Of a DNA stretch of 64,000 bases, positions 46,116 to 57,828 are shown piece by piece. Numbering within the stretch: the stretch's first letter is position 1; each line of letters begins with the position of its first letter. The notes beneath the pieces are model-generated. The model was given only the letters and a program-made list of their open reading frames with translations, had not been told where the DNA came from and made no database searches. Location: the NCBI GenBank assembly GCA_000091205.1, contig AP006487.2, one strand, 5' to 3'. The stretch is from Cyanidioschyzon merolae. Lineage: Eukaryota. Position numbers and translations under genes: made by a program.

Positions 46116-48334
46116 GCCGTTGCAGCCGAAAAATCCGCACCATATACGTTTCCTTCAAGGAGGAAAACGCGTTTGCCTGCGTCGCACGCCGAACAGGGCC
46201 TTGAGCCTGCAGCTCACAACCGCTCCCGTGCAACCTTTTCTTTTCCTATTCACAAGGTTAGGAGAAGCGACGTTTCAATTCCGTTGCTGAGCCGCCTCGG
46301 TTTGGAAGTATGGCGACTGCGTACACGCTCTGGTTCCGCCTTTCTGCTCGAACGTGTCATACTCGTACGCAGCGAAACGCGTCAACGCAAAGTCGCGTGT
46401 TTCCCAGAGCGCCGCCAATTTTGACGCACCCCAAGGGACACGTGCTGTGTACGTGTATGGATACGTGTGCGTTTTTCATGAATTGACGAGACGTTTACAT
46501 AGGCCAGCGTTCTTCGATTGTGCGCTTTTTCTCTCCTTTCTTTTTCGATTTTTGTTTCAGTGCACGATGAAGCATCCATTGACCCATTCCCCGCTTCGAA
46601 GTTACATTTCCCGTACTGGTTCTCGGATATTCTGGTCGCTTCATACGTCCTATCGTGTGTGCCTAGTACCTACCCTAATCATACGCCTTTGCGCGTGAAC
46701 CGCTGGAGCAGATAGGTCATAAGGACAGAACGGCGTTTCGGGAACACACAGAGGGCGTCGGCTCGAGGCGCGCTTTACCCGACGTAAAGTCGGAATTCAT
46801 CATTATTATGTGCTCGGACAGTCTGCGGATGCAGTCTTGCCTTCGCTGCACGACACGCTGGAGAAACTTGGCTGTTAGGATGAATTCTGGGAGCCGCCTC
46901 TCTCCTTCGTGATCATGCATGGAATGCGTTGTCGGTTGACAATGCGGGTTCTGTGCTTGACACGCGCTAGTGGGTAGGCGCAGAAAGCGCACTAGGTCCG
47001 TGTGCGTATCCGATACGCTGGACCTTGCGCCTAGAATGCCATTGCCGGTACTGCACGCAGCGCTCGTCGCTCGAGGCAGCAATGCTCGCTAACGATCGCT
47101 GAGCAGTGTGCGCCCAGGGTCGCCTGCTCGCGGAGCTCCTGATGCGGTTTAGCGCGATGTCCCGCTTTCGACGGCACTGGGAATGCTCATCGCCCGCCAC
47201 AGCGGATGCGCGCTATCCCTTCGAGGCGGACGCTGTGGGAGATTTGCCACGAATACTGGAGTGGCGCGGCGTAACGAAGTATACAACCACGGTGCAACTG
47301 TACGGCTACAATGCCCGTGTGATGGTGGCGCTGTGTCTCCAGCAGGATGCACACACCGGTTTCGACTTTGTGTGCTCTCGACAGCTGAAGTATGACGTTC
47401 AAGCACGATCATCGATGCTTGGAAACTCTTCTTTTGCCAAGTGTATCGCCTGATTTTTGTACTGCAGTGGAGGATCTCGCAATACTTCACGGGTGACTCG
47501 AGAGACTACCTGCATACTCGCTGGTAATATGTCCGTGCAATGGACACGAGACTCGTGTAAAACGCGCCGTTTTCGGCGCTTCCCATCATTTGTCTGAATT
47601 TTGCAAGAAAACGGATTCAACACGCTCGCAGTGCAATTCGGTTCAGAAACCGTGATGGCAGTCACGTTGACGTGGCCTCTCTGGCTGTCAGAGGCACGCG
47701 ATCCCCGAATTTCAAGTTTGTATGGAGATCGGTCTCAAACATAAGGACAGTGACCTGGATGGCATCCTCTGCCGCGATCCGGTCGGAGCCGTCCACGAGA
47801 CTTATCGGATGACTCTGCAACAGCACTGACCAGTGCACAGCGCCGGCTGGAGGCGATATCGTTCTCACTGGATCACCGACACCGCGCACAGGATTGTCTG
47901 GTTCGCGCAATGCCCTGGGTACGCTTCACCACGGTTACCTATGAAGCGTGCATTGCAAGATTTGCGTTTGAGAAGGACAGATTTCATGGCGGAGCGAAAT
48001 CAGCCATCTAACTGGACGACGTCTTAACTGCGAGAACCGCATGCCCCGTGCAGCCGTTGCGGCCTTGGTTTCTGTCGGCGAGTGCGGATGCATATCGTGA
48101 TGGCATGGGCGGCATTCTCCGTTGATGTCGTAGTGAAATGGAACGCTGCATTCTTCGCCCAGACCCTAAATTTCTATTTTTTCGAACATAATTTGGATGT
48201 GCAGTCTAGACATTCGAATTGCAGCAATATGGGGTTAAGGACTTACACGTCGTTTCAGGGTTCTCGTTCGTCTTTCAGGTGTGTGGCTCCTTCGACGCTT
48301 CGCCGGTGGAATTCGTTACCGTACCGATCTTGGT

Positions 48335-48450
48335 TCAAGTAGAGCGTAGACAAATCGAAATTTCTCGACCAGATATCTAGCCTGGATTTTGCTTCTGAAA
48401 ATTGTCTCATCATGGAAGTCATTGCGAATTCCAAATCCGCTGTTGAACGG
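48335..48450 (-). repeat. Dispersed ~125-bp repeat family, copy C (inverted orientation)
   Basis: The reverse complement reads 'ggatttggaattcgcaatgacttccatgatgagacaattttcagaagcaaaatccaggctagatatctggtcgagaaatttcgatttgtctacgctc', aligning with copies B and D. Confidence 0.55.
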
Positions 48451-48526
48451 ACCCGCAGGCATATGCATGTGCAACTGACGAAGGAATGGCCAAGAGAGCC
48501 AACCCGATGAAGACCGCGATCGTAGG

Positions 48527-48527
<1 letters not shown>

Positions 48528-48559
<32 letters not shown>
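48528..48559. repeat. (CTG)n trinucleotide microsatellite (~11 units)
   Basis: 'tgctgctgctgctgctgctgctgctgctgctg' read directly. Confidence 0.8.
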
Positions 48560-48560
<1 letters not shown>

Positions 48561-49512
48561 CTCCAAAACGAACAAATGCATCGATGGGAGCGTACTTTAC
48601 CGGTCAGGGGCATGCGCCGAGCGATGACGCGAGCTTTCACACGGCAAATGGCCGTTCCACAAAGAGCAGATGTGGTGCACAACTGGGAACACTTGACCGC
48701 ACGCAAGTGTCACAAAGGCGGAGGCCGCACAGGGGCTCGTGAACTAGAAGATGAAAGAAAGTAAGAGGGGCGTGGAACGCAACCTTTGTCTCTGCATGCC
48801 TTGTGTTGATAACAGCCGGAGGCGACGAATTCGGGACCTGGTGGCTGCAACCGACACCCGCCGACCGCTGCCAATGGAGCTAGAGAGGAAAACAGCGACG
48901 TACGTGGAGAACGCTGGAACCAAGTAAGTAAGAAAAGAAGCACTAGGACCAAAGTCCCTCAAATGCTTTTGTTGGTGATCGTGGCAACAGATCCGAACTT
49001 TAGTTTGCTCACCCGCATGGGCAAATCGGACCTCTCCAATGCTATCCTGAAATGGCTGAATCAGAGAATACCCCCGTGTCCATCGCTGTCCATTTTCGAA
49101 CCTGACGTTGCAGGCAAAACCATGCGACGCCACCATTTCTCGATAAGTACAGTATTCTCCCTATATATATAGTTTATCTCTCCGATGCACCAGGGTGCGC
49201 GCAACCTGGACAAAGAGCCCATCAGCAGGCACCTGATCCGGACAGCCATCGCGCGGCTTGCCTGCATCAGATGCAACGGATACGCGAAATACGGTCGCGC
49301 TTGCTGCGCTCGATACGCATCCCGTGATCCGTCGACAGAATCCCCGGATCACGGCTGCATCCACTCTGTTTCCAGGATGATGCCAGAACTCATGCGACAT
49401 ACGCACGCGCCGAATTTATTGGTGTTCTTTCTTCTACAAGCATCGATATTGAGTCGAGGACTGGTTTTCAAGTTGCACTTACGCCGGACGTTATTGCACC
49501 TCACACACAGAG

Positions 49513-51237
49513 ATGAAGCGTGTCTGGGCATTCGTAGCACTATTATTCAGCATGCTGCTGAGCGCGATCGGCGTGCTCGCTGTGCTATCCAGCGAAGCTG
49601 ACCTCGCCTGGATCTCACGCACGAGCTCGTACTTCGCCCCGCGCGGTCCGTCACCAGACTTGCCGCCAACCGATATCCGCCTGCAGTCTCGCAATGGCGG
49701 CGTCGAGCAGGTGCACCTGGTGGCGAATCGTCACGATCGCGTTACACTTGTGTTCGTGCGGGATATCTCTTCGAATCCAGATATGCCGCTACAGTTGCAG
49801 GCAACTGTTCGGTATGGTCGGAACGCATCCCTGCTCGACAATGAAGGTCTCGCGACTGCTCGGGTCTACACCGGCATGCAAGAGTACAATAGCTATCTCT
49901 GGAACCCGCCGATGGGCGCACCGTTTCTTAACCGCTCTGAAATTGCCAAGCTTATGAACACGGCATCGTGGGCGCAGCCCTGGTGGCCAGTCTACAACAA
50001 CGATACCGCGGCGAATATTCCCGAAAACGAATCCGTGAAAGCAGCATACAATAACCCCGCATCGCTCTATCAGTCGCCTCTCATTTTCACGGTGAAGCTC
50101 GAGAACCTTCTACCGAACACACAGTACTTTTATGAGATTGATGGGGAATATCAGGGAAATTTCACCACGCTGCCCATGGATGGCGACCATAGCAAACCAC
50201 TGACCCTGGGCATGTGGGCCGATGTAGGCCAGACCAACGTCAGTGCCCTGAACATGGAGTATCTGTTGCACGATGTGAATCCCGATCTGGTGCTGCTCGC
50301 TGGAGACCTGTCGTATGCGGACGCCTTTCAGCAGCGCTGGGATACCTGGGGCCGTCTAATGGAACCGCTGATGTCGCATAAGCTATCGCTGTTTTGTAAT
50401 GCCGACCACGAGTTGAATGTTGGCAATGAGCAGAATATCGGTTACCTGTTCCGGTACCCGGCACCATTTGAGGAATCGAATTCTCCGTCCTTTGAGTACT
50501 ACAGCTACAAGACGGGACCGCTGCATATCATCGCCCTGGGGTCATACACGGTTTTCAACCATTCCAGCGTGCAGTATCGCTGGCTCGAGCAGGAGCTCGC
50601 GCGCATCGACCGGCGGCGTACGCCTTGGGTGCTGGTGATGCTGCACGTGCCCTGGTACTGCTCGAACTTTGTTCACATCGGCGAGGGCCTACTAATGCGA
50701 GAATCCATGGAACCGCTGCTCTACAAATACGGCGTCGACATCGTTCTTACTGGGCACGTTCACGCGTACGAGCGCACTTTCCCGGTATATCAGAATGAGA
50801 CGAATTCGTGTGGCCCGGTGCACTTCGATCTCGGCGACGCTGGAAACCGTGAGGGCGCCTACACCGACTGGCTGATGCCGCAGCCAAGCTGGTCCGCTTT
50901 CCGTGAGGCCTCTTTCGGCGTGGGCAAGCTCGTTATCTACAACGAGACGCACGCGTACTACGAATGGCACCGCGTCGCATGCGAGGACACGAATGCCACA
51001 CATTGCGCGACCAAGGGCGACAACTCGGCCCAACGGTACGATATCTCGGACACAACCTGGGTGATCCGGAATACCAGCCAGTGTCCCAATCGGCTTATGC
51101 CAAACGCCATGTCCGAGCCTGTTCATCGTATGCCGAATCCGCCTGCAGGCATTGCGAGACCGAAACCAGCACGCCCAGCGCCACAGCTCCCGGGTCCGCC
51201 TGCGGCAGCACCAGCGCCAGCGCATCCACACCCGTAG
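49513..51237 (+). CDS. Purple acid phosphatase (metallophosphoesterase), secreted
   Basis: Signal peptide 'MKRVWAFVALLFSMLLSAIGVLAVLS'. PAP metal-ligand blocks 'GDLSYAD', 'NADHE', 'VLVMLHVPWY', 'LTGHVHAYER'. Confidence 0.88.
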   Translation: MKRVWAFVALLFSMLLSAIGVLAVLSSEADLAWISRTSSYFAPRGPSPDLPPTDIRLQSRNGGVEQVHLVANRHDRVTLVFVRDISSNPDMPLQLQATVRYGRNASLLDNEGLATARVYTGMQEYNSYLWNPPMGAPFLNRSEIAKLMNTASWAQPWWPVYNNDTAANIPENESVKAAYNNPASLYQSPLIFTVKLENLLPNTQYFYEIDGEYQGNFTTLPMDGDHSKPLTLGMWADVGQTNVSALNMEYLLHDVNPDLVLLAGDLSYADAFQQRWDTWGRLMEPLMSHKLSLFCNADHELNVGNEQNIGYLFRYPAPFEESNSPSFEYYSYKTGPLHIIALGSYTVFNHSSVQYRWLEQELARIDRRRTPWVLVMLHVPWYCSNFVHIGEGLLMRESMEPLLYKYGVDIVLTGHVHAYERTFPVYQNETNSCGPVHFDLGDAGNREGAYTDWLMPQPSWSAFREASFGVGKLVIYNETHAYYEWHRVACEDTNATHCATKGDNSAQRYDISDTTWVIRNTSQCPNRLMPNAMSEPVHRMPNPPAGIARPKPARPAPQLPGPPAAAPAPAHPHP

Positions 51238-52526
51238 TTGTTGAGGATGTGTGGCCTTGGCTCCCGCAGCCGATGCCGGAAAAGCAGCAAGCGCCGCGAT
51301 CCTGTTGGGATCGGACCCAAAACACCAGATCGTGGAAGAAAAAGAACAATTTTGCCGGCGAAAGGAAGAAATATCGTATTTGCTACATGAAGTTAAGGTG
51401 GAGAGGCTCAAGGTGGAGAAGATCAAGGTGGAGAGGCTCGAGGCAGAGAATGTCGAGGTAGTCATCGTAAAGCATGCAGTGTACCAAATCAGATGCGTAT
51501 GCACGTCAGCTCGCTTTTGTGTCGAGTTGAAAACGATGACACCACGTCGCCTTTGTGGGGAATCGACAAATCATGAATTCGCATGCGCTTGTAGCAGTCC
51601 TTCTTTGCTGGAAGCACGCGTCGAACTTGTTTGCATGACGCAATAAAGACGCAAAACCACCGGCAATGCCTCGCGCGAAAGGTACGTACCCTGGTCACGC
51701 ACCAGAGCCCTAATCCATCCGTGAAACATCTTTAGTGGTGCCCCAAGCACCGTAGCAATTGCCCGCAGTACGCGCGGCACTCGACGGTTCACTGGATCGA
51801 TCGAGCCTGTGCTCCTGCCGGAAGCACTGCTCTGGAATCGATGAAACGCGTAAAGGCCTCTGAAAGACACATGGGCTTTATGTTTATGATCGGCAGTCTC
51901 GATAGCACCCGGGCGGCAACAGATTCCGTGCGTCGCTCCAGAGCCGTGGAAACAACCACTGTCGTTGCGCGTCAAAGGTCGATGCACGATGCGTGTCCAT
52001 TTGCTGCCAATGACGTGTCCTGTCACGTCCGCGGCTGCATGCAACGCAGGGTCACCGCTGCCGATGCGATGCATGCACGTCAACGTCCCGTCGAGGCGGA
52101 CACGCGCGGTGTCGACGCTGGTGCCGACATCGCCTCTATGTATCGTGTCGCACGGCGTGTCGTCCATTGGTCTGAATTGCGCTGCGCCCCGCGATTACCG
52201 AAGGCAGAGGACGCCCCAGGAGCTGCTGGCGCTATACGCATGGTGAATCATCGACGCATCCGGCTTTCTGTTCCCATGTGAAGGAGCATGAGTGTATATG
52301 GAAGACACCAAGTCTCTGATATAGAACCTTGTCCACAGATAACGCCAGCCAAATGATAACGCCTCGAATTGTTCAAAGGCTCACGATGATCAGGGGAATA
52401 TCCAGTGCACACGCGTCTGATTGCGTGGTATCTGTAGACTCGCTAAACCATGACTATGGCGCCTTCCGCCAGACTTTGCACCAAATGCAAAAATCCTGCG
52501 ACATGATCGACACATTCGGCCTCATC

Positions 52527-52775
52527 TCCGGAAACGCAGCTGACCTACATGACACGCAGTGGCGCGGCGATATCGTCGGTTCACGGACTTTTTCAATTCA
52601 GCCAACTCTGCGGAAACACAGCTGACCTACATGACACGCCGTGGCGCGACGATATCGTCGGTTCCCGGACTTTTTCAATTCAGCCAACTCTGCGGAAACA
52701 CAGCTGACCTACATGACACGCCGTGGCGCGACGATATCGTCGGTTCACGGACTTTTTCAATTCAGCCAACTCGAG
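52527..52775. repeat. Tandem repeat, 82-bp unit x 3
   Basis: 'ctgacctacatgacacgc' recurs at 52540, 52622 and 52704. It generates three phased artefactual ORFs. Confidence 0.9.
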
Positions 52776-53037
52776 CGTGTCATGGGCGGACGGGACGACT
52801 TGCCCTGCTCCCGGAGTGCGTCTGCTCGGAAAAGCTTCGCGTCGTGATATATGTGGCACAGCGTTGACCAGTACTCAACGTAACGCTGCTGGGTGCCTTG
52901 GAAGTCGCTGCCGCATGCACTCGGTACCAAACTGAATGCTTACTATGTACGCTCTATCACTGCGAGCCACCACTGGCCAAGCTTGGCGACTCGAGTGCCG
53001 CATGCGTTGCAGTGCGCAGGTCTAGCGGAGATTCGCG

Positions 53038-54183
53038 TTACGCAACGGGTCTCGAACCAATACCTCGGCGTTGAAAGTCGGCGATCATGGCATCGAGGCC
53101 CTCCTCGAGCGGGACGCGCGGCGCCCAGTCGAGGACGGTGCGCGCCAAATGGATATCCGGCTGTCGGCGACCGGGATCATCGGGTGTCGGCGGCAAATAC
53201 CGAATAGGTCCACTTTTCGGGAGCTTTCTTCGAACCAGTTCAGCGAGCTCCCGAACCGTGAACTCTGTTGGATTACCCAGGTTAACAGGACCAGTGATGC
53301 CCTCTGTATTCATGAGTCGGATCAGAGCGTCCACCAGGTCACTGACGAAACAGAACGAGCGTGTCTGGCTACCATCGCCAAAAATGGTCAGCTCCTCTCC
53401 GCGTAATGCCTGGCCCACAAAATTACTGACCACGCGCCCGTCATTTTCCACCATCCGTGGACCGTACGTATTGAAAATACGAGCGACTCGAATGTCGACA
53501 TGATGCTGACGATAATAGTCAAAGCAGAGCGTTTCTGCCACGCGCTTCCCCTCGTCGTAGCAAGAGCGCACACCGATTGGGTTGACGTTGCCCCAGTAGC
53601 TCTCTGGTTGTGGGTGTACCAGTGGGTCGCCGTACACCTCGCTGGTGCTTGCCAGCAGAAGTCGTGCACCGGTGCGTTTTGCGATACCGAGCATGTTCAA
53701 CGTGCCCAGGACATTGGTTTTAATGGTTTTGATCGCGTTGTACTTATAGTGAAGCGGTGAAGCGGGACACGCCAGATGGTAGATCTGGTCGACTTCCAGC
53801 ATGATGCGCTCCGTGACGTCGTGACGAATGAAGTCGAACCGCGGGTGTCCTATCCAGTGCGCAATGTTCTCCTTGGTACCAGTGAACAACGAATCAAGAA
53901 CAATGACCTCGTGACCAAGCTCCATCAGATGGTCAACTAGGTTCGAGCCGATGAATCCCGCTCCACCGGTAACGAGGATTCGTTGACGCTCTGGGGTGCG
54001 GTTGGGGGCGTGCTGGGCCCTCCAGACCGCCGTGGTGTCTATTGGCGGGACACGTTCATCAGGGTGCGGTGAAACCGACGGTGTCATTGGAGTGGTTATT
54101 CGTGCGTATGCGGTAAAGCCCGAGAGTGAACGTGAGCGCGCCACGAAGCAAAAAAACACCTCTTTAGTCTCGTGGCAGGGCAA
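53038..54183 (-). CDS. UXS1: UDP-glucuronate decarboxylase (UDP-xylose synthase), extended SDR family
   Basis: '[19 protein letters not shown]' Rossmann motif, '[27 protein letters not shown]', 'YDEGKRVAE' (YxxxK), '[10 protein letters not shown]'. About 65-aa N-terminal extension. Alternative start at nt 54087. Confidence 0.92.
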   Translation of the reverse strand: MPCHETKEVFFCFVARSRSLSGFTAYARITTPMTPSVSPHPDERVPPIDTTAVWRAQHAPNRTPERQRILVTGGAGFIGSNLVDHLMELGHEVIVLDSLFTGTKENIAHWIGHPRFDFIRHDVTERIMLEVDQIYHLACPASPLHYKYNAIKTIKTNVLGTLNMLGIAKRTGARLLLASTSEVYGDPLVHPQPESYWGNVNPIGVRSCYDEGKRVAETLCFDYYRQHHVDIRVARIFNTYGPRMVENDGRVVSNFVGQALRGEELTIFGDGSQTRSFCFVSDLVDALIRLMNTEGITGPVNLGNPTEFTVRELAELVRRKLPKSGPIRYLPPTPDDPGRRQPDIHLARTVLDWAPRVPLEEGLDAMIADFQRRGIGSRPVA

Positions 54184-54221
54184 ACTTGTCGCGAGTGCAA
54201 CGGCGCGTGTGCGCGCGCGTA

Positions 54222-54472
54222 CGCGCGTATTGTGCTGGTATCGACTCGCATGTAGACTGCGCGTATTGTGCTGGTATCGACTCGCATGTAGACTGCGCGT
54301 ATTGTGCTGGTATCGACTCGCATGTAGACTGCGCGTATTGTGCTGGTATCGACTCGCATGTAGGCTGCGCGTATTGTGCTGGTATCGACTCGCATTTAGG
54401 CTGCGCGTATTGTGCTGGTATCGACTCGCATGTAGGCTGCGCGTATTGTGCTGGTATCGACTCGCATGTCGG
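54222..54472. repeat. Tandem repeat, 36-bp unit x ~7, preceded by an alternating-GC tract
   Basis: 'gcgtattgtgctggtatcgactcgcatgtagactgc' repeated with period 36, with 'gtaggctgc' variants. 'gcgcgtgtgcgcgcgcgtacgcgcg' at 54204-54228. Confidence 0.9.
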
Positions 54473-55507
54473 TCTCGTGACAGGAGTTTTGTGCGATCCA
54501 GTGCGAGGTTTCGCGGGAGGCGTCACGAGCGCAGGGCGTATGCCGTCAGCAGCCACGAAACGTTCAGAACAGCGTTCAACGCTGAGCGTTCTATTATGAT
54601 GTCAAGGGCTTAGATGCGTGAAAGATGTGGTAGTGGTCCATCGGAAGTTCAGGTGCAGATCCGTTTGAGAGAATTTTTCCTGTTTAATCTTTGGGAACTG
54701 TGAAGTTCGGACAAGTCAACTTTGAAGACCTAGATTGTTCCACCTGCAGATCGCAATCAAACAGAAACGTTTTGAGTTTGCATAGGCGCGCATGGATCGG
54801 GGCACTGGAGCAAACAGCCAGATCCGTCGATACGGCATCCTTTGTGCAAACTGCCTGACGAGGTGTGCGCGTCGTGGACGCAGAGAGCACAGGGGCACCC
54901 GACCGAGCGACTATCCACCGCGTATCTACACCCAAACTGAAACAAAATAGATCGCGTCTAGTTGTATAATTGTGGCGTAAACGCTAATGTTTGGGAGGCT
55001 CTCCACTGACCGTACCGCTAGATACTACAGGATTCGGATACGAATGCTTCATTTTTCGCTTTGTCAAATTCGAGTTTACATACACCGGCCTCTCCTTTGT
55101 TTCCGGTTTCGTTGGCAGCATTCAAGGGATGCTGATGGCATCGTTAAAGTCTCGCTTTCGCAGCTTTCGGCTGTTGTCGGCATATTCCGTCCAGAGACGG
55201 TCGTTGCGGTTAGAGTTTTGCTTACCGTACACATCTCTATGATGCTCAGCTTCGGTGCGTGCTTTGCAGCGGTAACACATGGATGTGGCCGGGAATTCTC
55301 ATCCATCGACCACACCTCCATGTTCTCCGAGCATTGCCTTATACCGCATGAACGTTTACACCATCGTTCGATACATGCCCTTGACGGGTACTGGAGGCTT
55401 CCGAAGATGTACTCGCGGGCGTCCGCGCCCGACGCATCACGGTGCGGTCACGAGCTCCTTCCAGGCGATGCCTTTGGCGAGTGCTTTATCGGTTGATCCA
55501 GCCAGCG

Positions 55508-55640
55508 CATGCAGGCGCATTCGATAGAGGATTTGCGAAATGCGATGTTGTTCATTGTGAGACGATTACAGTAAGGAAAATTTGGGTTGGAGATCAAGTC
55601 AAGAGTTTCGGAACCGTCTACACCCGCTTTGCAGAAAAAA
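55508..55640 (+). repeat. Dispersed ~125-bp repeat family, copy D
   Basis: 'cattcgatagaggatttgcgaaatgcgatgttgttcattg...ggagatcaagtcaagagtttcggaaccgtctacacccgctttgcagaaaaaaagcgg'. Ends in an A7 run. Confidence 0.6.
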
Positions 55641-57828
55641 AGCGGTAACGCAATATCCACAAGAAACGATCGCTACGATGGTTCAAGACCGATTCCCGGA
55701 CCTTTCTCCATACAATGGAGCGGGAGCCTCTGGGAGCATACGCTCTCCAAGGCAATGCGTTGCTGTGGAATGCGGTGTCAGTGACGGCTACTAAGGGAGG
55801 AGCATTTGTCCTCCGAACGAACTCGATCATATGACCTGGAACTTGCAGTGAATTGTGGGCATGAGCTCGTGAAGCGGTCATCCATGGTTTGCATCGGCCT
55901 TAGGTCGTCCCCGGTCCAGCAGCGCGAATCGGTGCGCCTACGAGTCGCTTTGGACGAGAGGGATCGAATACTTGAGGATCTAGTAGTTTGAGCATTCTAT
56001 AAGTAACGATCGGAAATGAATCAATACTTTTAAGTATAAATAGGAGAGCGATATCGCTGATTTCACGATTTCTCGTACAAGGGCGTCGCGAATCAGCTTG
56101 ATCCCGGTAATGAATTCCATCCGCAAAGCGTCGATAGAACCACTCAGAAAAGACAACTGAAGGTCCTCAGACCAAGTGTGTATGCTTAAGCCTTTATTGC
56201 TGTACTTTGAAAGTCGATGGTTTACCGCTATATAGTGTAAAACGAAGAACGTTTCACGACCATGGAGGGTAGACACGTATACCCAAGCACTGACGCCTCC
56301 TATTCTTTTCGGACTGGCCGCCTGCGATCAGGTTCAGGTTTTATGCGGGTACTCTTCGAGTCCGAGGGACTGTCCGACGAATTTGTATCGCGTCAGCTTC
56401 GCGGGCCTCTCAGTCAGCACCGTGCATTTCCTGATATTGAAGGCGGCGTTCAAGGCTCGATTCACTCCCTCCGTGCGTGCGCTGCCTCCGGTGGAACGCA
56501 CCAGCGTAAGAATTCCACGAATTCGTGCCCGCCGTTCCATTTGGTGCTCTGCCAGCGCTCCGCGCGTTTCTAGCACTGAAGCGCTCCGCTGCTGTCCTGC
56601 ATCAAGTCTTTGCGAAGCGTAAACCCACGCTTATTCCTTATTCGTTTTGAAAATCAACGCGTTTTTCTGCGTTTAAGTGAGACCCTGCCTGGATCGAGGA
56701 AGATTTGCATAAGAAAGACGACACTTGCTCCGGTGTCACCGGGTGCTGAACGCCTCAGCGATTCGCCCAGGGGGACGCTCATTACTTTTCTCGATAGCAA
56801 ATACGCCTTCGATACAGTTGCAACATAGAGTGTACAGAGGAATGGAACGCAGCTCCACCCCCGATAGAATCCGCAAAATCTCGAATGCGAAGGGAATCGT
56901 GAAATTCCACGTCGACCAACAGAAGGACATCCGAAGATATCAGGGAAAAAGTCTTTCGTGATTTGATGAATTGTTTGGAGCTGCTGGATGAGCCTTCGCT
57001 ACGGGCGAAACTGGTGCCGCCAAAAGAATCCACTGCCGCTGGGACAGTTGATGATGCCATAGTTCTCTTCGCGTTCGACCGTGTCTAGAACAGGCTCCCG
57101 CTCCGCGAGTACCCGTATACGCTCCGGCCTTATTATCCGAGGCGAGTGTCATCGGCTGGAAGAACCAACGTGCCTGTAATTCATAACGATCGCGCCGTTC
57201 CAGGAACACTTTAGTAGTTGCGATGTCGGTGGAAGATGGCAGTACGTGAACTACAACTTTGTTTTGCGATTGTGCCCCAGTGTTTTCAGGACCACAAGGT
57301 CAAGCTATTGAGAAACAGAGACGACCGTGGTTACAAGGATCGTCGCTTTTGCTTTACCCACGGTGATTTATGGGTCGTTTTTTCACTTGACCGCAAGCAT
57401 TGTCTAACAATATCGGATTTTGGCGCTGAGCCCATCTACTCGCTTCTTTCATTTCCCTCAACCATCTGAGTCCTGTGTTCTGACTGACCTGAACACGGAT
57501 TGCAGATCTCCGTGCGCTGTCCAGTAAAGAATATGTATCCTTCAGACGATTCGTCTACGATCTATACGATTCAATGCACCGTGATTTCGCTCTCCATCTA
57601 GCCATCGCATCAGAGGGGAAGCAAAATTGTGCTGAACGACGAGAGGCCAGTACCGACCGGAACGCCGACAAAACGCTTTCCTGGGCGCTGCAGCCCAGTG
57701 CTTCAAGCGAAATGGGGGCCACCGAGCAGCGGACCCAGAGCTTCTAGCCTTTCGGACCCCTTTTCATTCTTTACGAGTATCGCTGGCTGAGCGCGGACGT
57801 CTTCGTTGTCTCACCGAGAACAACCCGG

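Noticed and set aside
50692-51504. 270-aa ORF antisense to the purple acid phosphatase gene
   Set aside because: It lies wholly inside a confidently identified gene on the other strand. This is a typical GC-rich antisense open frame with no motif.
51251-51646. 131-aa ORF just past the PAP stop containing an 18-bp x 3 repeat (KVERLKVEKIKVERLEAE)
   Set aside because: Short and motif-free. The repeat is a small DNA-level triplication. It is probably 3' UTR sequence.
52559-52935. Three phased ORFs beginning 'MARRYRRFTDFFNSANSAETQLTYMTRRGATISSV'
   Set aside because: They are produced by the 82-bp x 3 tandem repeat. The starts are GTG and there is no coding support.
54222-54472. Possible CRISPR array (regular 36-bp direct repeats)
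   Set aside because: Units abut one another with no unique spacers. The context is eukaryotic, with no cas genes.
53996-54613. ORFs on both strands with repeated '[12 protein letters not shown]' / '[12 protein letters not shown]' peptides
   Set aside because: They are translations of the 36-bp x 7 tandem array upstream of UXS (36 is a multiple of 3).
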